From: Cetorhinus maximus
Lineage: Eukaryota
Reading direction: 5' to 3'
DNA: 64,000 bases
Assembly (NCBI RefSeq): GCF_964194155.1
Contig: NC_135892.1
Coordinates: 67,580,001 to 67,644,000, forward strand
This document shows positions 51,494-64,000 of the stretch, piece after piece (the stretch's first letter is position 1; every line of letters starts with the position of its first letter). The notes under the pieces are model-generated. The model ran no database searches. It saw only the letters and a program-made list of their open reading frames with translations, and was not told the origin of the DNA. Both the position numbers and the translations under genes were made by a program.

Positions 51494-51999
51494 CTTTTAA
51501 ACAAGGAGAAATGCAAATATCATTAGCTGCATTCATATTTCAATCGCACAGCATACAAATCAGGCAGTCCAATCATGCATTTACAAAGGATGGAATAAAA
51601 ATAAGGTTAAGAGCTTTTGGTTTAATCCTGGAATCACTTTTGCCAGTTCCAGTCCAGAAACAAATTCACAACAGTTTAACTATCAAATATTAATTTTACA
51701 AATAAAGTAGATTGCCAATTTCAGTGACATTTTAACATACAGCTGGACTCCCACACAGAATTTTCTTAAACTGGGTGCTGTAAGCTACTAAATATATATA
51801 AGTGCTGTAATTATGTAGTTCCTGATTAAAGGTGCAAAAATATCTCAAGTGGATAGAGCACTCATTTGAGTAACACAGGGAGGTCCTGGATTCATTAACT
51901 ACCCAGACAGATGTTAATAATCATTTTAAAACAGTATCAGTGAAGAAACATTATCCCCTCCAAAATTGTTTCACTTCCTTCCTCATTGTTTTCATAGGC

Positions 52000-52345
52000 T
52001 GACATGGAGTGTCAGTATTGAGCGAGTGCTGCGCTGTTGGAGTTATCGTCTTTTAGTGGAGATGTTAAAAGGCCCCATCTAATCTCTCAGGTGGATTTAA
52101 AAGACCACATGGCACTATGTTGAACAGCAGGGGAGTTATTGCCGGGCAGCATTTATCCTTCAATCAGCATCAATAAAATAGATTAGCTGATTATCATCAT
52201 GTTTTTTGTGGAAGCTTGCAGTGTGCAAATTAGCTGCCGCGTTTCCCACATTACAACAGAGGCTACACTTCTAAAATACATCATTGGCGGTAGAGCACTT
52301 TGGGGCATGCCAAGGTTGTGAAAGGCATTACTATATAAATGCAAA
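52000..52345 (+). mobile_element. Deu-domain-type SINE body and tail
   Basis: GAGATGTTAAAAGGCCCC..AAAAGACCACATGGCACTA..GAAAGGCATTACTATATAAATGCAA. Confidence 0.7.
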
Positions 52346-52683
52346 CTTTTATTTTTTTCCCCCTTGGGCCACAACTGATCCCGGAGTAAAAGTTGCACCC
52401 GAAGCAGTTGATCTCCAGCAGTGATGCCAACAGGCCCCCAGTCTTTGTTCATGAGCTGAGACAATGACCTTTAACACACTGGTTGCATGCTTGCCATCGT
52501 CAACACACAGCTTCCACAAAGAATTGCAAAATATAAGGTGGACAAAACATGCTGATTGTTCCGCTGCCTAGTCCAAGATCATTCAGACCAACTGTAGAGT
52601 TCTGACCTTGAATTGTATACTGAGTGTTTGATTGTATTCAGGTGGTGGCATTAACTGGGGATTCACTTATGCTCCTACAAATA

Positions 52684-53113
52684 CCATTTTGTTTTCCTGA
52701 AGGGTAAACTGGAGCACGGTGGAGGTGGTGCCTTTGACCAAGAGTCTGCTTTCCCTGGCTGGTCAGAGCATTCATCAAAATGTAATGAGACAAGCTCACC
52801 ACAAAACTGGTCTTGACTTTCATGACAAGTATGGAAATGCTATCCTTGTGGGAGGATTAGCATTCTGTGTTGCAGTCTGGAGTTATGTTGCAACGCTGAC
52901 TGGGCTCATATGGAACGTGTCTCCTATTGGCAAGATCACCCCTCAAAATTGGAGGGAAGACTAGAGGAATGGACCAAGTGTTTGCAAGAAATTGAGTACA
53001 GATGGGCTGGATTGCAAAGTTGCTTCTAGGCTCATGGCTTCTACTGTACTGATTACCTCTGTATATTGGGTCTCATAGTAAATCAATAAATTATAGAAAC
53101 TTTAAAAAAAAAA
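52684..53113 (+). pseudogene. COX7B: Processed retrocopy of cytochrome c oxidase subunit 7B, antisense in an INTS7 intron
   Basis: Intronless frame 52725-52964 VVPLTKSLL...DFHDKYGNAILVGGLAFCVAVWSYVAT...WNVSPIGKITPQNWRED matches COX7B; expected start is GTG, not ATG; AATAAA 53085-53090; A10 tail 53104-53113; TSD ACAAATA at 52677-52683 and 53113-53119. Confidence 0.92.
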
Positions 53114-53486
53114 CAAATAACAGCCTGAAACTGTGATTGGTGGGTTTAGAGGTGCATGTTTGTAAAGTGTCTCTGTAAATAAAAGTTTATAAGTATGTAA
53201 AGATTAGGCTCTTGTTCTAGCCTTCACTACCTGACTATCTGAGACTGTCATCCATCTCAGCCTATGCAACTCAAATGAACTGGGATTGAACTGTTAGGAA
53301 GGCACGCTTCAGGAAATATGATCCAATCTGACCTACCCATTAGTACTATGCATCAAAAGGAAGTTTCCTTTGCCACAATTCTACCTTCAGAAAATAATCT
53401 ACTCAGAACTGCACCACAAGAAGGTAATTTCACACACCTGATTAAAATCACTAACAATAAAAAGTTAAAAATTTCACTGGCCTTAC

Positions 53487-53604
53487 CTTGTGAATTATAG
53501 TAGTACTGTTTCATAGCTATAGTTCCTGAGAGTGTGGACAAAACAGAAAGTGTACCCAATTTCAAGCTGTCATAAGGGCTCTGTAGGGCACATTCACACA
53601 GTGA
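53487..53604 (-). CDS. INTS7: INTS7 coding exon (~exon 8)
   Basis: SLCECALQSPYDSLKLGTLSVLSTLSGTIAMKQYYYNSQ(G); pyrimidine tract then tcaag acceptor, GTAAGG donor; 118 bp. Confidence 0.94.
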
Positions 53605-53689
53605 CTTGACAGGGGAGAGAAAAAACAAGTTATCATTACTTAGTCAAGAAGAGTGGTTGAAGACAAGTCATTCCATAAACAGTTGGAAT

Positions 53690-54041
53690 TTTTTTATTCG
53701 TTCGTTGGATGTGGGCGTTGCCGGCTAGGCCAGCAATTATTGCCCATCCCTAACTGCCCTTGTTCAGAGGGCATTTAAGAGTCAGCCACATTGTGAGTTT
53801 GGAGTCACGTGTTGGCCAGACCAGGGAAGGACAGCAAATGTCCTTCCCTAAGGGACATTCGTGAACCAGATGGGTTTTTACAACAATTGGCAATAGTTTC
53901 AGACTTATTTAATTCCAGATTTTTATTGAATTCAAACTTCACCATCTGCCATGGCAGGATTCGAACTGGGGTCCCCAGAGAATTACCCAGGGTCTCTGGA
54001 ATATTAGTCCAGTGATAATACCACTATGCCACCGCCTCCCC
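53690..54041 (-). mobile_element. tRNA-derived SINE, same family as 33455-33840
   Basis: Reverse-complement A/B boxes (GGATTCGAAC on plus strand) and shared tail. Confidence 0.85.
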
Positions 54042-55272
54042 GATAATAAGATATGATAATAAGACAATAGATTTGGCATTTTGGAAGGATGTGATCAAAT
54101 AGGCTGAAGGATCCTCCTTCATCCAAACCTAACCTATGACATTGTGTCCTTTAACTTGTTAAACATTAAATAGTTATTATTTATAAGGGTAAATGTTATT
54201 GAAATAGCTGATTAATTTAAATCATTACACACATTGAACAATCTCTACTCCAAACACTTCTGCAACTGTACCGCTGGTAATATTCCATCAGGCAGCAAAC
54301 CTAAAGACCCTTAGTGACACAAGCTGTAAAAATTGTTACATGGAACAACAGCTTGCATTTATGAAGTACCTTTCACATGAAGAAATAGCCATAGGAATAC
54401 GAACATGAAGCCTGGAAGATTCAGATCAGAATAGGTAACCAAAAACTTGGTCAAACCAAGTATTTGGAGGCTTTTAAAAGGTGAAGAGGTGGTGAGATTT
54501 AAACAGGGAGCTCAAGAGAGTGCAACTGAGGTAGTTGAAAGCTCTGCCACCAATAATGTGGAAGAGGGGAGATGAGGAGAAATTACTTTACACAGTGAGT
54601 TATGATGATCTGGAATGCACTGCCTGAAAGGTGGTGTAAGATATTCAACAGTAGCTTTCAAAAGAGTCAGCACAGGCACAAAAGGGCCAAAAGGCCTTCT
54701 TCTGTGCTGTATGATTCTTGTGAACAATCTAACAACCCAGAGACATCAAAAGTGTTGGAGAGGTAATATCACAAGAAAGTTTAATTAGTTAGAATAAAAT
54801 GGGCTTACTGAATTTCATGTAAAACTATGGTTGCTAAGGTAGTATGTTTGAGCTGCACATATGAGCGAAAGAGGAAAAGACAGAGCATTATTTCCAAGAT
54901 GTGCATCTTCATAGCTGGTCTGCAATAGCATTGGGACACACCAATGAGCACTTGCTGTTACTCCTTGACACAGACATTGAACATGACCAAGGAAGGAGAG
55001 AACCAATGGTTTAAAACTCAGATCAAGAAAAAGTACAGCAATTCATGAAGAGCTCTCACACTAATGGCATCATTAGTTGAAGCACACATCATGTTAACAA
55101 AGAATTTTGAGAATAACTTTAAAAAGGACTATCTAGTGAAAAGGATGGAGCAATGCATGTATAAAGCAACGAGCTGTAACCCAATTTGCTTAAGCACTCC
55201 TTAAAGAATCATGACGAATTAATTCAGTCAACCATTTCTCAGTATTCGTGCCTGGATTTAATCTGAAAATAC

Positions 55273-55395
55273 CTGAATGTTATCTCTGCTCCACATGTGT
55301 GGTGTCTTATTAGCCAACAATTTCAGATCCTGAACAGAAAGTCTCTTTACAGCTTTTCTGGGGTCTTCTTTCAAATATTGCAGCAAAAGTTGAAT
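55273..55395 (-). CDS. INTS7: INTS7 coding exon (~exon 7)
   Basis: Manual translation IQLLLQYLKEDPRKAVKRLSVQDLKLLANKTPHMWSRDNIQ; aacag acceptor, GTATTT donor; 123 bp; not in ORF track. Confidence 0.95.
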
Positions 55396-55622
55396 CTGTT
55401 CAACACACAGGTAAAGTGTGACAGAAGACAGAACAAATTAGCAGAGCCTACAATGTACTGAAGTTTCAATCCTAAACCACACTTCTTTAAAAAAAAAAGT
55501 GTACATCAAGATCAATTCTAAGGAAAGTTTGAATACAACACCTATTTTGACAATGGTATTTTATTCTTCATAAAATCACCAAAACCCTTGTGTAAAACAA
55601 TAGCTTATTTGGGTCCTTGTTG

Positions 55623-56659
55623 TGTTACGACTGCAGCCGATGTTATTCACTGAGCAAGCCAAATTCCAGAGGGAAACTTGTCTTGCTGATCATAACTTTT
55701 TTTTTGCTTTGTATTTTGAAAACAAGGGGAAAACTACTGACCCCAGAAGCATAGAATCCCAGTAACACTTTTAGGAATTTAAAATTAGAAGATTTATTAA
55801 CAAGAAGAGAAAAAAGTTAAACACAGAAGATTAAAATTACAGTTGAAACGGTCTGACAAAACATTAATCAAAAATAAAAAGCCCTGGTCAGAACACACAA
55901 GTAAACTACTTGGCAACAGCTCCCTTACAGATTTTTAGCCATAAAAATCCAGTCATATCACCCGAGGCAAAAACTGATGCTACTTTAATAAAGTACACCA
56001 CGTGATTCTCATTCTCTTCTCTTCCACTCTGCTGTGGAAATCCAACGTAAGTTCAGAAACAGACTGCTTTCTGGAAACAAAGACTTTTCTGGCTTGAAAC
56101 TGGATGGATGCTTCAAATTCACAACTTTTCTCAGCATAGAGCTGGTCTCAGGATGTCTCCTCCACACAGCCACCTCAAGACAACATCTTTCCTTAAATAT
56201 ATTTTTCCCCTTTCATCCTAGACTCCATTGTCCTAAGCACCTCTTTGAACTCAACTTTTTCCAAAATATAAAAATCTTTCATGTCTTTCTATTACCTCCA
56301 CTTTTTGGTCAAATAAAATTAAAAATTTTTCCTTGTTTACTTATGAAACCATCATAAGTTGTTAAAGTCCCTTAAACATCCTTTGAAATTTAGCAGTTGA
56401 AAAGTCAAGTCCTTACCTATCACCTAATGCAAATTTTAAAATTCAACTTATTTACTTGTAATTCCAACTTCACCATAGCCTCTCATTACAAATACATGCA
56501 CCCAGCACCTTTACCTTTCATCTCAGTTCCCCCAGACAAACTGTCTTTACTAACCTTCCCCAGTTTAATTACCCATGGACACAAGCACAAACACAGCCTT
56601 CTTTACAGAATACTATCATATTCCCAAAAACATTAAAAAAGACAACATCCATCTTCACA
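55623..56659. mobile_element. Candidate solo LTR
   Basis: TGTTACGA...TCTTCACA ends (TG..CA), flanked by GTTG/GTAG (4-bp TSD with one mismatch); no coding remnant. Confidence 0.4.
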
Positions 56660-57291
56660 GTAGAATAAGGAACATTCTTCCTTCTCTCCTACACTCTGCA
56701 GGCTTTCAAAACAGAACTCTTGATTACTTGACCATTGTTTCTCTATTTATCCTGTCTTCTCAAATATTCATTTCAATCTTCGGAAAGTTCTGCATCATGG
56801 GTGGGAAATGGCCTTTCAAATAAGTTTCTCAATATAGTTTTACAAAATGTTTTTACAAGGCAATTTTTCAGCAACTACCATGCAAAATAGTCTGCTGTTG
56901 CTCATTATATTTAACATTCACCAGTTCACCACATTGAATACCATAAACCCACAACAATATTGCACATTGCAAAATGAATAGTTCACATGTAGTTTGCACT
57001 AACAAAATAACCTTACAGAATTATGACAAATCAAAATTAAACAAAAAGTGAAAACAAAAGCTGTTTTATATTACAGTCAATTTAGTGCTCCTGCAGCCGC
57101 AGTGGATAGCAGCACTGACTTAATTTTGATGGGCAGAAGATCTCAAGTTACCTGCCCATGATTTCCCACCATTAACCCTGTTGAGAGCATAATTAAATGA
57201 AATGATTAAATTAATTAAATACACAATTATTTAAGTGGAGTGTACTAGCGGTTTTCTAATGAATCAGTGCTCTTTAAAAGATAACCCTTAC

Positions 57292-57491
57292 CTGCTTTGG
57301 GATATCAACCAGTGACGAAGCAGCTAGTTGTGTAAAAGTATGCAGGGTAACTATTACCATCTTGGTGGAAGGGTACAAAGCCACCAATTGCTGAAGAAGG
57401 ACCCGAGTGCTGGAGGCGAGGGTGGCATCATGATGCATATGCTGTAGAATAGGGATCAGCTTTAACTTCAGATCCACGGGTGTAGCTAATC
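57292..57491 (-). CDS. INTS7: Integrator complex subunit 7, coding exon (~exon 6; most 5' exon found in window)
   Basis: Encodes (G)LATPVDLKLKLIPILQHMHHDATLASSTRVLLQQLVALYPSTKMVIVTLHTFTQLAASSLVDIPKQ, matching vertebrate INTS7; ttccag acceptor, GTAAGG donor; 200 bp, phase 1 to 0. Confidence 0.96.
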
Positions 57492-58077
57492 CTGGAAAGC
57501 AAAGCTTTAAATAATTAAGACGGAGCTATGTTTTCTTGCCTTCAATGTTCCTCAAATGCAATAACTACAGTACATCTTGGACAAACACAATGGGCTTAAG
57601 GGTGGGTGTGGTATGCAAAGGATGCCCAAGTCAGATAAGCAAAGGGCATAAATTGGGATGCAAGGTTCGAAGGCATAGAGCTGTGGAGTTAAATTCTAGA
57701 TGAGAAAAGCATTTTTGCGCAGCAATCACATTGTTTTATCTGTCATTGGTTCACTTTGCCACATTTTCATCTTCAAGGTTGAGCTGTCACACTCAAACAG
57801 CTTTTTAATGTAATGAAAAAAGTCAAGTGGACTTTCTTCATTTCTTAAATGATATACATCCACTGTAAGAGAGGAATACAGCTCAACTTGATATAATACC
57901 CCAGAGCCCAAAAGCACACAAAGTATGCTACTCCAGATACATGGTATCCCACATGATCATCTATTTACATACTTAGAAAACCCCAAGGCCTGTGCCATTG
58001 CACCAGCTCATTATCCTCAAGCTTAAGTGAAACTAACCCTCCAAAATAATAACCCTGCAGGGATGGATAATTGGGCT

Positions 58078-58312
58078 TCTGAATGGTTGTTGATCTATGG
58101 AATTCTCTTCCCCAGAGAACAGTGCAGGCTGGGTCACTGAATTTATTCAAGGAGTTGGACAGATTTTTGATAGACAAGGGAATCTCGGGTTATAGGGGCA
58201 GACGGCAAAGTGGAGTTGAGACCACAGCCAGATCAGCTATGATCTTACTGAATGGTGGAGCAAGCTCAAAGGGTTGAATGGCCTACTCCTGCTCCTAAGT
58301 CCTATGTTCTTA
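58078..58312 (+). mobile_element. CR1 3' end fragment
   Basis: VVDLWNSLPQRTV...IDKGI; tail GAATGGCCTACTCCTGCTCCTA. Confidence 0.8.
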
Positions 58313-58985
58313 TGACGGATGGTCGGTCAATATTATGCAAACACTGAAGACAACACTACCAGTTATGTAGCCAACATTTTCCATTCCACATTCTGTGCAT
58401 GCTGCAGCAAGCATATCAAAATAGTACAAATATAGGATGGGGAGGCACCTGTATCAAATCTAGACAGACAAAGGGGACCAATCTGCCAAAGATGCTAGTA
58501 TATTCTCAATTCAATTTGTGCAATAACTAGTGGCGGCTGTATGAGGACATATTTAATGCGATAGCCTTCTCAATTGAATCCCAAGTAAAAAATGGTAAAG
58601 GTGGCATGGAATGGCCCTCAACTAGTCTGGGTTTGGTCCCTATAAAATAGTAGCATTTTTGGGCTCATTCCACCCCATCTCTACACCTCCCATCAATCCT
58701 ACATTCCAGCCTGTACCCACTGCCTTTCTGACTCTGGTATCCTATACATATTCCATTCCACTCATCCTTCTCCATCCCAAACAGAACCTTCAGTTATCTT
58801 TATCTACTATCTGGGACCCAAGGTGATGTTGTTTCTGTAACATTGCTGTATTTTCCCTTTTTGGTTATAAAGTTGGTAGGGGGCGGGGAGGTGACGATAT
58901 TGTCAATGTAACCTGGTGTCTAGCTGCAATGAATCCTTCAGATAATACAGATTCAGCCACAGTGCACAGGTAGTGGAACCAATCA

Positions 58986-59870
58986 AGCAGAGTTCACTTG
59001 CACCTCCTTCAATTTGGTCTACTGCATTCACTGCTCCCAATGTGGTCTCCTCTACATTTGGGAGACCAAATGCAGACTGGCTGACCGCTATGCGGAACAC
59101 CTTTGGTCTGTCTGCAAGCATGACCCAGACCTTCCTATTATTTGCCATTTCAACACACCATCCTGCTTCTCCTGCCCACATGTCCGTCCTTGGCCTGCTC
59201 CAATGTTCCAGTGAAGCCCAACACAAACTGGAGGAACAGCACCTCATCTTCCGATTCGGCACTTTACAGCCTTCTGGGCTTAACATTGAGCTCAACAACT
59301 TCATACCATGAACTTTCTCCTCTATCTTCACCCCATTATTAATCCCTTTTTTAAAATTTATTTCTATTTTTTATTTACTTATTTTCATGTTTATTTTTAG
59401 TCATTTATTAATTGTTTTATCCCTTCTTTAAATCCCCTTTTTATCCCTCCTATCCTTTTTCCCTTATCACCACCCCTTCCCCCCACCGCACTCCCAATAG
59501 GGCCATTTGTTACTTGTTCTATGTTGTTCTTTCAGAGTGCTTACCCTTGTTCTGCTATTCATATTTGGTTTCTTTACCTTCATGCCACTATCAGAACCTT
59601 CTTTAGCCCTTACCACTACCATCAACACTCCCTTTGTCTTGTGTCCATGGCATCTTTGTCAATCTCTCCTTAGCCCCCACCTATCGCTCACCTTCTATCC
59701 AGCTTCACCTGCTCTCCACCCCACTTAAACAGTATAAATTTAATCACATTTCTACTTCTCTTTAGCTCTGATGAAGAGTCACATGGACTTGAAATGTTAA
59801 CTCCATTTCTCTCTTCACAGGTGCTGTCAGGCCTGCTGAGTTTTTCCAGTATTTTCTGTTTTTATTTCAA
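58986..59870 (+). mobile_element. Penelope-like element fragment with GIY-YIG end and terminal repeat (pLTR) carrying a hammerhead motif
   Basis: VYCIHCSQCGLLYIWETKCRLADRYAEHL; KLEEQHLIFRFGTLQPSGLNIE; CTGATGA...GAAATGTT at 59768-59798. Confidence 0.9.
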
Positions 59871-61444
59871 TAAAGTAGACTGCCGTTTTGGATGATGTTG
59901 AGTTTCAGGTGTTGCTGCAGTGGCACAATCCAAGGCAGTGACAAGTAAGCCACCACACTCCTGATTCGAGCCTTGTAGATGATCAGAGAAGCATTGAGGA
60001 GTCAGGAAGTGTGCATTTCATGGCAGAGAATCCAATTTCGGCCCTGTTGTTGCAGCCAATGTTGATAATAGCTGATCCAGTTAATGTTGAGCCTCAAAAT
60101 GAAGATGGGCACGGTAATGGTAGTGCCCTTGAGTGTCAAGAAGTGATGGGCTGGGAGTTAACTTGCTCAAGACAATCATTAGCTGGCATGTGGCAAGAAT
60201 GCTTCCTGTGACATTTCAGTCTAAACCTGGATGTTAAATAGGTCCTGCTTTAATCTATCATGGGCTGCTTCACTACTGAAGGGATTCTGAATGGAGGTGA
60301 ACACCTTAAAATCATAATCAGTGAAGAGCCCCACATCTGCCACCAACTGGGGGGAGATGCCATTTTCCGTCTGTCTGCTTATATCTTTTCAGTTATGTAT
60401 GATGTCAGAAGAAATGCTTACACAGAAACCTGTGCCCAGAGGAAGAAGAATGTCCAGCCTTCAGGCTGATTTGTCTTCTGTTTCAGTGAAATCACAGATA
60501 CTGTTGGTTATTTCCTTAAGCAGACCATGTGATCTGGATACCTGCCAAGAATCTAGATAGAGAGTAGTGAGACCCAGGGATCAAACAATGTTTTCCACTG
60601 AACACCAACTTACTGCATTCTACTAGATGCTTACAATTGATTCTGTTCACCTCCATTAGATGAATTGAATATGTACTCTACCAGACCAGGGGCTCAAGCT
60701 ATAAACTAATATACTTAATACAGACATAAGCAAACAATACTCATAATAAAACAATGTATTTACACAAATTAACAAACTTTGCCATTCCTCATGTGCATTA
60801 AAACAATAGAATTACTTCTTTTGAGCAGCCTTCCAAAATGACAGGGTCCCTGAAATAAGTGCTTACTTCTTTAAAAGTGCTATCAAGGAATCAAACTAGC
60901 CCAGACTGTGTATTGGATGTAGAATAACAAATGACCTGCCGCCACTGGTAAATCCACAATTGAAATTTTAAAGGGAGGTGTCAGCTGTGGCTCAGTTCAT
61001 AGCACCCTCGCCTCTGAATCAGAGGGTTGTGGGTTCACGTCCCACTCCCGGAAACCAAGAACTGTGATCGTACTCGAAAGAGTTGCAATCTGTGACTGTT
61101 GATAAAAAAATTGAAATTTCTGCCACAGTCCACAGTGTTATGCAAAGAATCACAGCCAATGAAACCATGCTTTCTGATAGCTCATACAATCTATTCCAGC
61201 CGTGCCTGCTTCTTTAAGCTCAGTCAGAAAAATTGGCTGAATTGTTTCAAAACCTTCTGGCAGCATGGCAGAACAAAGGACATTAATTATAGAATAGTTA
61301 ATTGCGTAGACTAGCTGCCATTTTACAACATTCAAACAAAGACAATGTTTGTGGAACCTCGTCATTCAGAAGCTTTAGCATGAAAAACTTGATTCAAGCT
61401 AAAAGAGTTTCAAACTCAGCAGAAATAAATTCTATAGGCAGTTT

Positions 61445-63330
61445 ATTTATTTGTTCAGGGGATGTGGGCATCACTGGCTAGGCCAGCATTTATTGCCCAT
61501 CCCTAATTACCCTTGAGAAGGTGATGATAAGCCGCCTTCTTGAACTGCTGCAGTCCCCGTAGTGCAGGCACACCCACAGTGCTGTAGGGGAGGGGGTTCC
61601 AGGATTTTGACCCAGTGACAGTGAAGGAAATGCAATATAGTTCCAAGTCAGGATGGTGTGTGACTTGGAAGGATTACTTGCAGGTGGTGGTGTTCCCATG
61701 CGTCTGCTGCCCTTGTCCTTCTAGGTGGTAGAGGTCATGGGTTTGGAAGGTGCTGAAGGAGCCACTGAGTTGTTGCAATGCATCTTGTAGATAATGGCAG
61801 CAGTCTGTACTGTGTGTTGGTGTTGGAGGAAGTGAATGTGGTGCCAATCATGCACGCTGCTTTGTCCTGGATGGCTTCAAGTTTCTTGAGTGTTGTTGGG
61901 GCTGCACTCATCCAGGCAAGAGGAGAATATTCCATCACACTCTTGACTTGTGCTTTTGATGATGGACAGGTTTTGGAGAGTCAGAAGGTGAATTGCACTC
62001 CACAGAATTCCCAGCTTCTGACCTGCTCTTGTAGCCACAGCGTTTATATGGCTGATCCAGTTCAGTTTCTGCTCAATGGTAACCTCCAGGATGTTGCTAG
62101 TGGAGGGCTGACCGATGGTAATGCCATTGAATGTCATGGGGAGATGGTTAGATTCTCTCTTGCGGGACATGGTCATTGCCTGGCATGAATGTTACTCAAC
62201 ACGTATCAGCCCAAGCCTAAATATTGTCCAGGTCTTGCTGCTTCAGTATCTGAGGGGTTGTGAATGTTGAACAGCGAACATCCCCACTTCTGACTTTATG
62301 ATGGAGGTAAGGTCTTTGATGAAGCAGCTGAAGATGTTGGGCCTAGGACACTACCTTGAGAAACTCCTGCATCGATGTCTCAGGACTGAGATGATTGGCC
62401 TCAAACAACCACAACCATCTTCCTTTGTGCTCGGTGTGACTTCAACCAGTGGGGTCAATTCCCATTGACTTCAGCTTTCCTAGGGCTCCTTGAGGCCACA
62501 CTCAGTCAAATGCTGCCATGATATCAAGGGCAGTCACTCTCAGCTCTTTTGTCTGGGTTTGGACCAAGGCTGCAATGTGGTCAAGAGCTGAGTGGCCCTG
62601 GCAGAATCCAAACTGAGCATCAGTGAGCAGGTGATTGCTAAGCAAGTGCCACTTGATAGCGTTGTCAAATACACCTTCCATCGCTTTGATGATCGAGGGT
62701 AGATCTCTAGGTTGGATTTGTCCTACTTTTTGTGGATAGAAAAACCTGGGTGATTTTCCACATTGCAGGGTAGATGCTGTGTTGTAGCTGTACTGGAACA
62801 GCTTGGCTAAGAGGCAGGGCTAGTTCTGGAGTACAAGTCTTCAGTGTTATTGCCGGAATGTTATCAGGGCCCATAGCCTTTAGCTATTTCTTGATATCAC
62901 GTGGAATGAATCGAATTGGCCAAAGACACACATCTGTGATGCTGGGGCCCTCAGGAGGCCGAGATGGATCATCTACCCAGCACATCTGGCTGAAAGTGGT
63001 TGGAAATGTTTCTGCCTTATCTTTTGTCCTGATGTGCTGGGCTCCCCATTAATGAGGATGGGGATATTTGTGGAGCCTCCTCTCCCATTGGTTGTTTAAT
63101 TGTCAACCATCATTCATGACTTGATGTGGCAGGACTTCTGAAGTTAAATCTGATCCACTGCTTCCACTATTTGGAAAGCAGTAGTCCTGTGTTGTAGCCT
63201 CAACCAGGTTGACACGTCATTTTTAGTTAAGCCTGGTGCTGCTCCTATCATACCCTTCTGCGCTCTTCGTTGAACCTGGGTTGATTCCCCAGCTTGATAG
63301 TAATGGCAGAATGAGGGACATGCCAGGCCA
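61445..63330 (-). mobile_element. Family-B LINE, long degenerate copy
   Basis: Reverse-strand tail at 61445-61520; MEYSPLAWMSAAPTTLKKLEAIQDKAA; RESNHLPMTFNGI. Confidence 0.85.
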
Positions 63331-64000
63331 TGAGGTCAGAATTAGATGAGTGCAGGCATCTGAGGATTTTGGGTTGGAGGAGATTACAGGGAAAGGGAGA
63401 GGTTTGCCCATGGACAAATTTGAAAACAAGGATAAGAATTTTAAAATCAAGACATTGCTTGACCAGGAGCCAATGTATAGATCAGCAAGCACAGTAGTTA
63501 TAGATGAATAGGGCTTGGTGCAAGTTAGGACATGGGCAGCAAACTTGTGGATAACCTCAAATTTAAGGAGGGTAGACTGTGGGAGGCCAGCAAGGAGTAT
63601 TTTGGAGTAGGCAAGTCTAAAGGTAACAAAGGAATGGATGAGAAGTTCAGCAATAGATGAGCTGACACAGGGGCAAAGTTGATCAATGTTACAGAGGTTG
63701 AAATAGGTGGTCTTAATGATGGCGCAAATGAGATCGGAAGCTCATCTGGAAGCCAAGTATGACACTAAAGCTGCAAACCAACTGGTTTAGTCTCAGAATA
63801 TTGCCAGAGACAGGGACTGAGTCAAACGGCAGGAAAGAGTTTGGAGCAGAGGTCAAAACACTGGCTTCAGTCTTCCCAATATTTGATTGGAGGAAATTTC
63901 TGCTCATCCATGACTGGATGTCAGGTAAGCAGTCTGATAATTTAGAAACAATGGAGGAGTCGAGAAAGGCGGTGGTGAGCTAGCGCTGGATGTCAGTGTA
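63330..64000 (-). mobile_element. L2-clade LINE fragment
   Basis: Frameshifted remnants such as WMSRNFLQSNIGKTEA and a FKIL-LVFK-LHG-like segment typical of the L2 RT C-terminus. Confidence 0.65.

Noticed and set aside
60976-61050. tRNA gene
   Set aside because: A/B-box sequence matches the SINE head at ~4945 and does not form a complete cloverleaf; it is a truncated SINE.
1-64000. Prokaryotic-style systems (CRISPR arrays, operons, defence islands, retrons)
   Set aside because: The DNA is a spliced vertebrate gene plus retroelements. There is no regularly spaced repeat-spacer array, and all RT and nuclease fragments are explained by LINEs and PLEs.
57500-64000. Next upstream INTS7 exon (expected DFAxGICNKISEMIQ-like peptide)
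   Set aside because: Not found by eye; it most likely lies beyond the window end, so no gene loss is claimed.

Overview
This is AT-rich, repeat-dense vertebrate genomic DNA, not prokaryotic. The repeat landscape (CR1, a second CR1/L2-group LINE with its partner tRNA-SINE, Deu-domain SINEs, Penelope-like elements, GGG/GGC-ended MITEs) points to a cartilaginous fish, probably a shark (inference). The only host gene is the 3' part of INTS7 (Integrator complex subunit 7) on the minus strand. I traced 15 coding exons from 57491 down to the stop at 23434; all have GT-AG boundaries and consistent phases, and they match human exons ~6-20 by alignment from memory. One intron (33938-34576) is a clear minor-spliceosome (U12-type) intron. 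A processed COX7B retrocopy with poly(A) tail and 7-bp TSD lies antisense in an intron. Penelope-like element ends carry minimal type I hammerhead ribozyme motifs from two families, including an inverted pair built around a locally templated 40-bp spacer. Just downstream of INTS7 is a ~225-bp near-perfect inverted duplication. I found no convincing wholly new biological system; the best leads are these ribozyme-bearing and template-switch structures.
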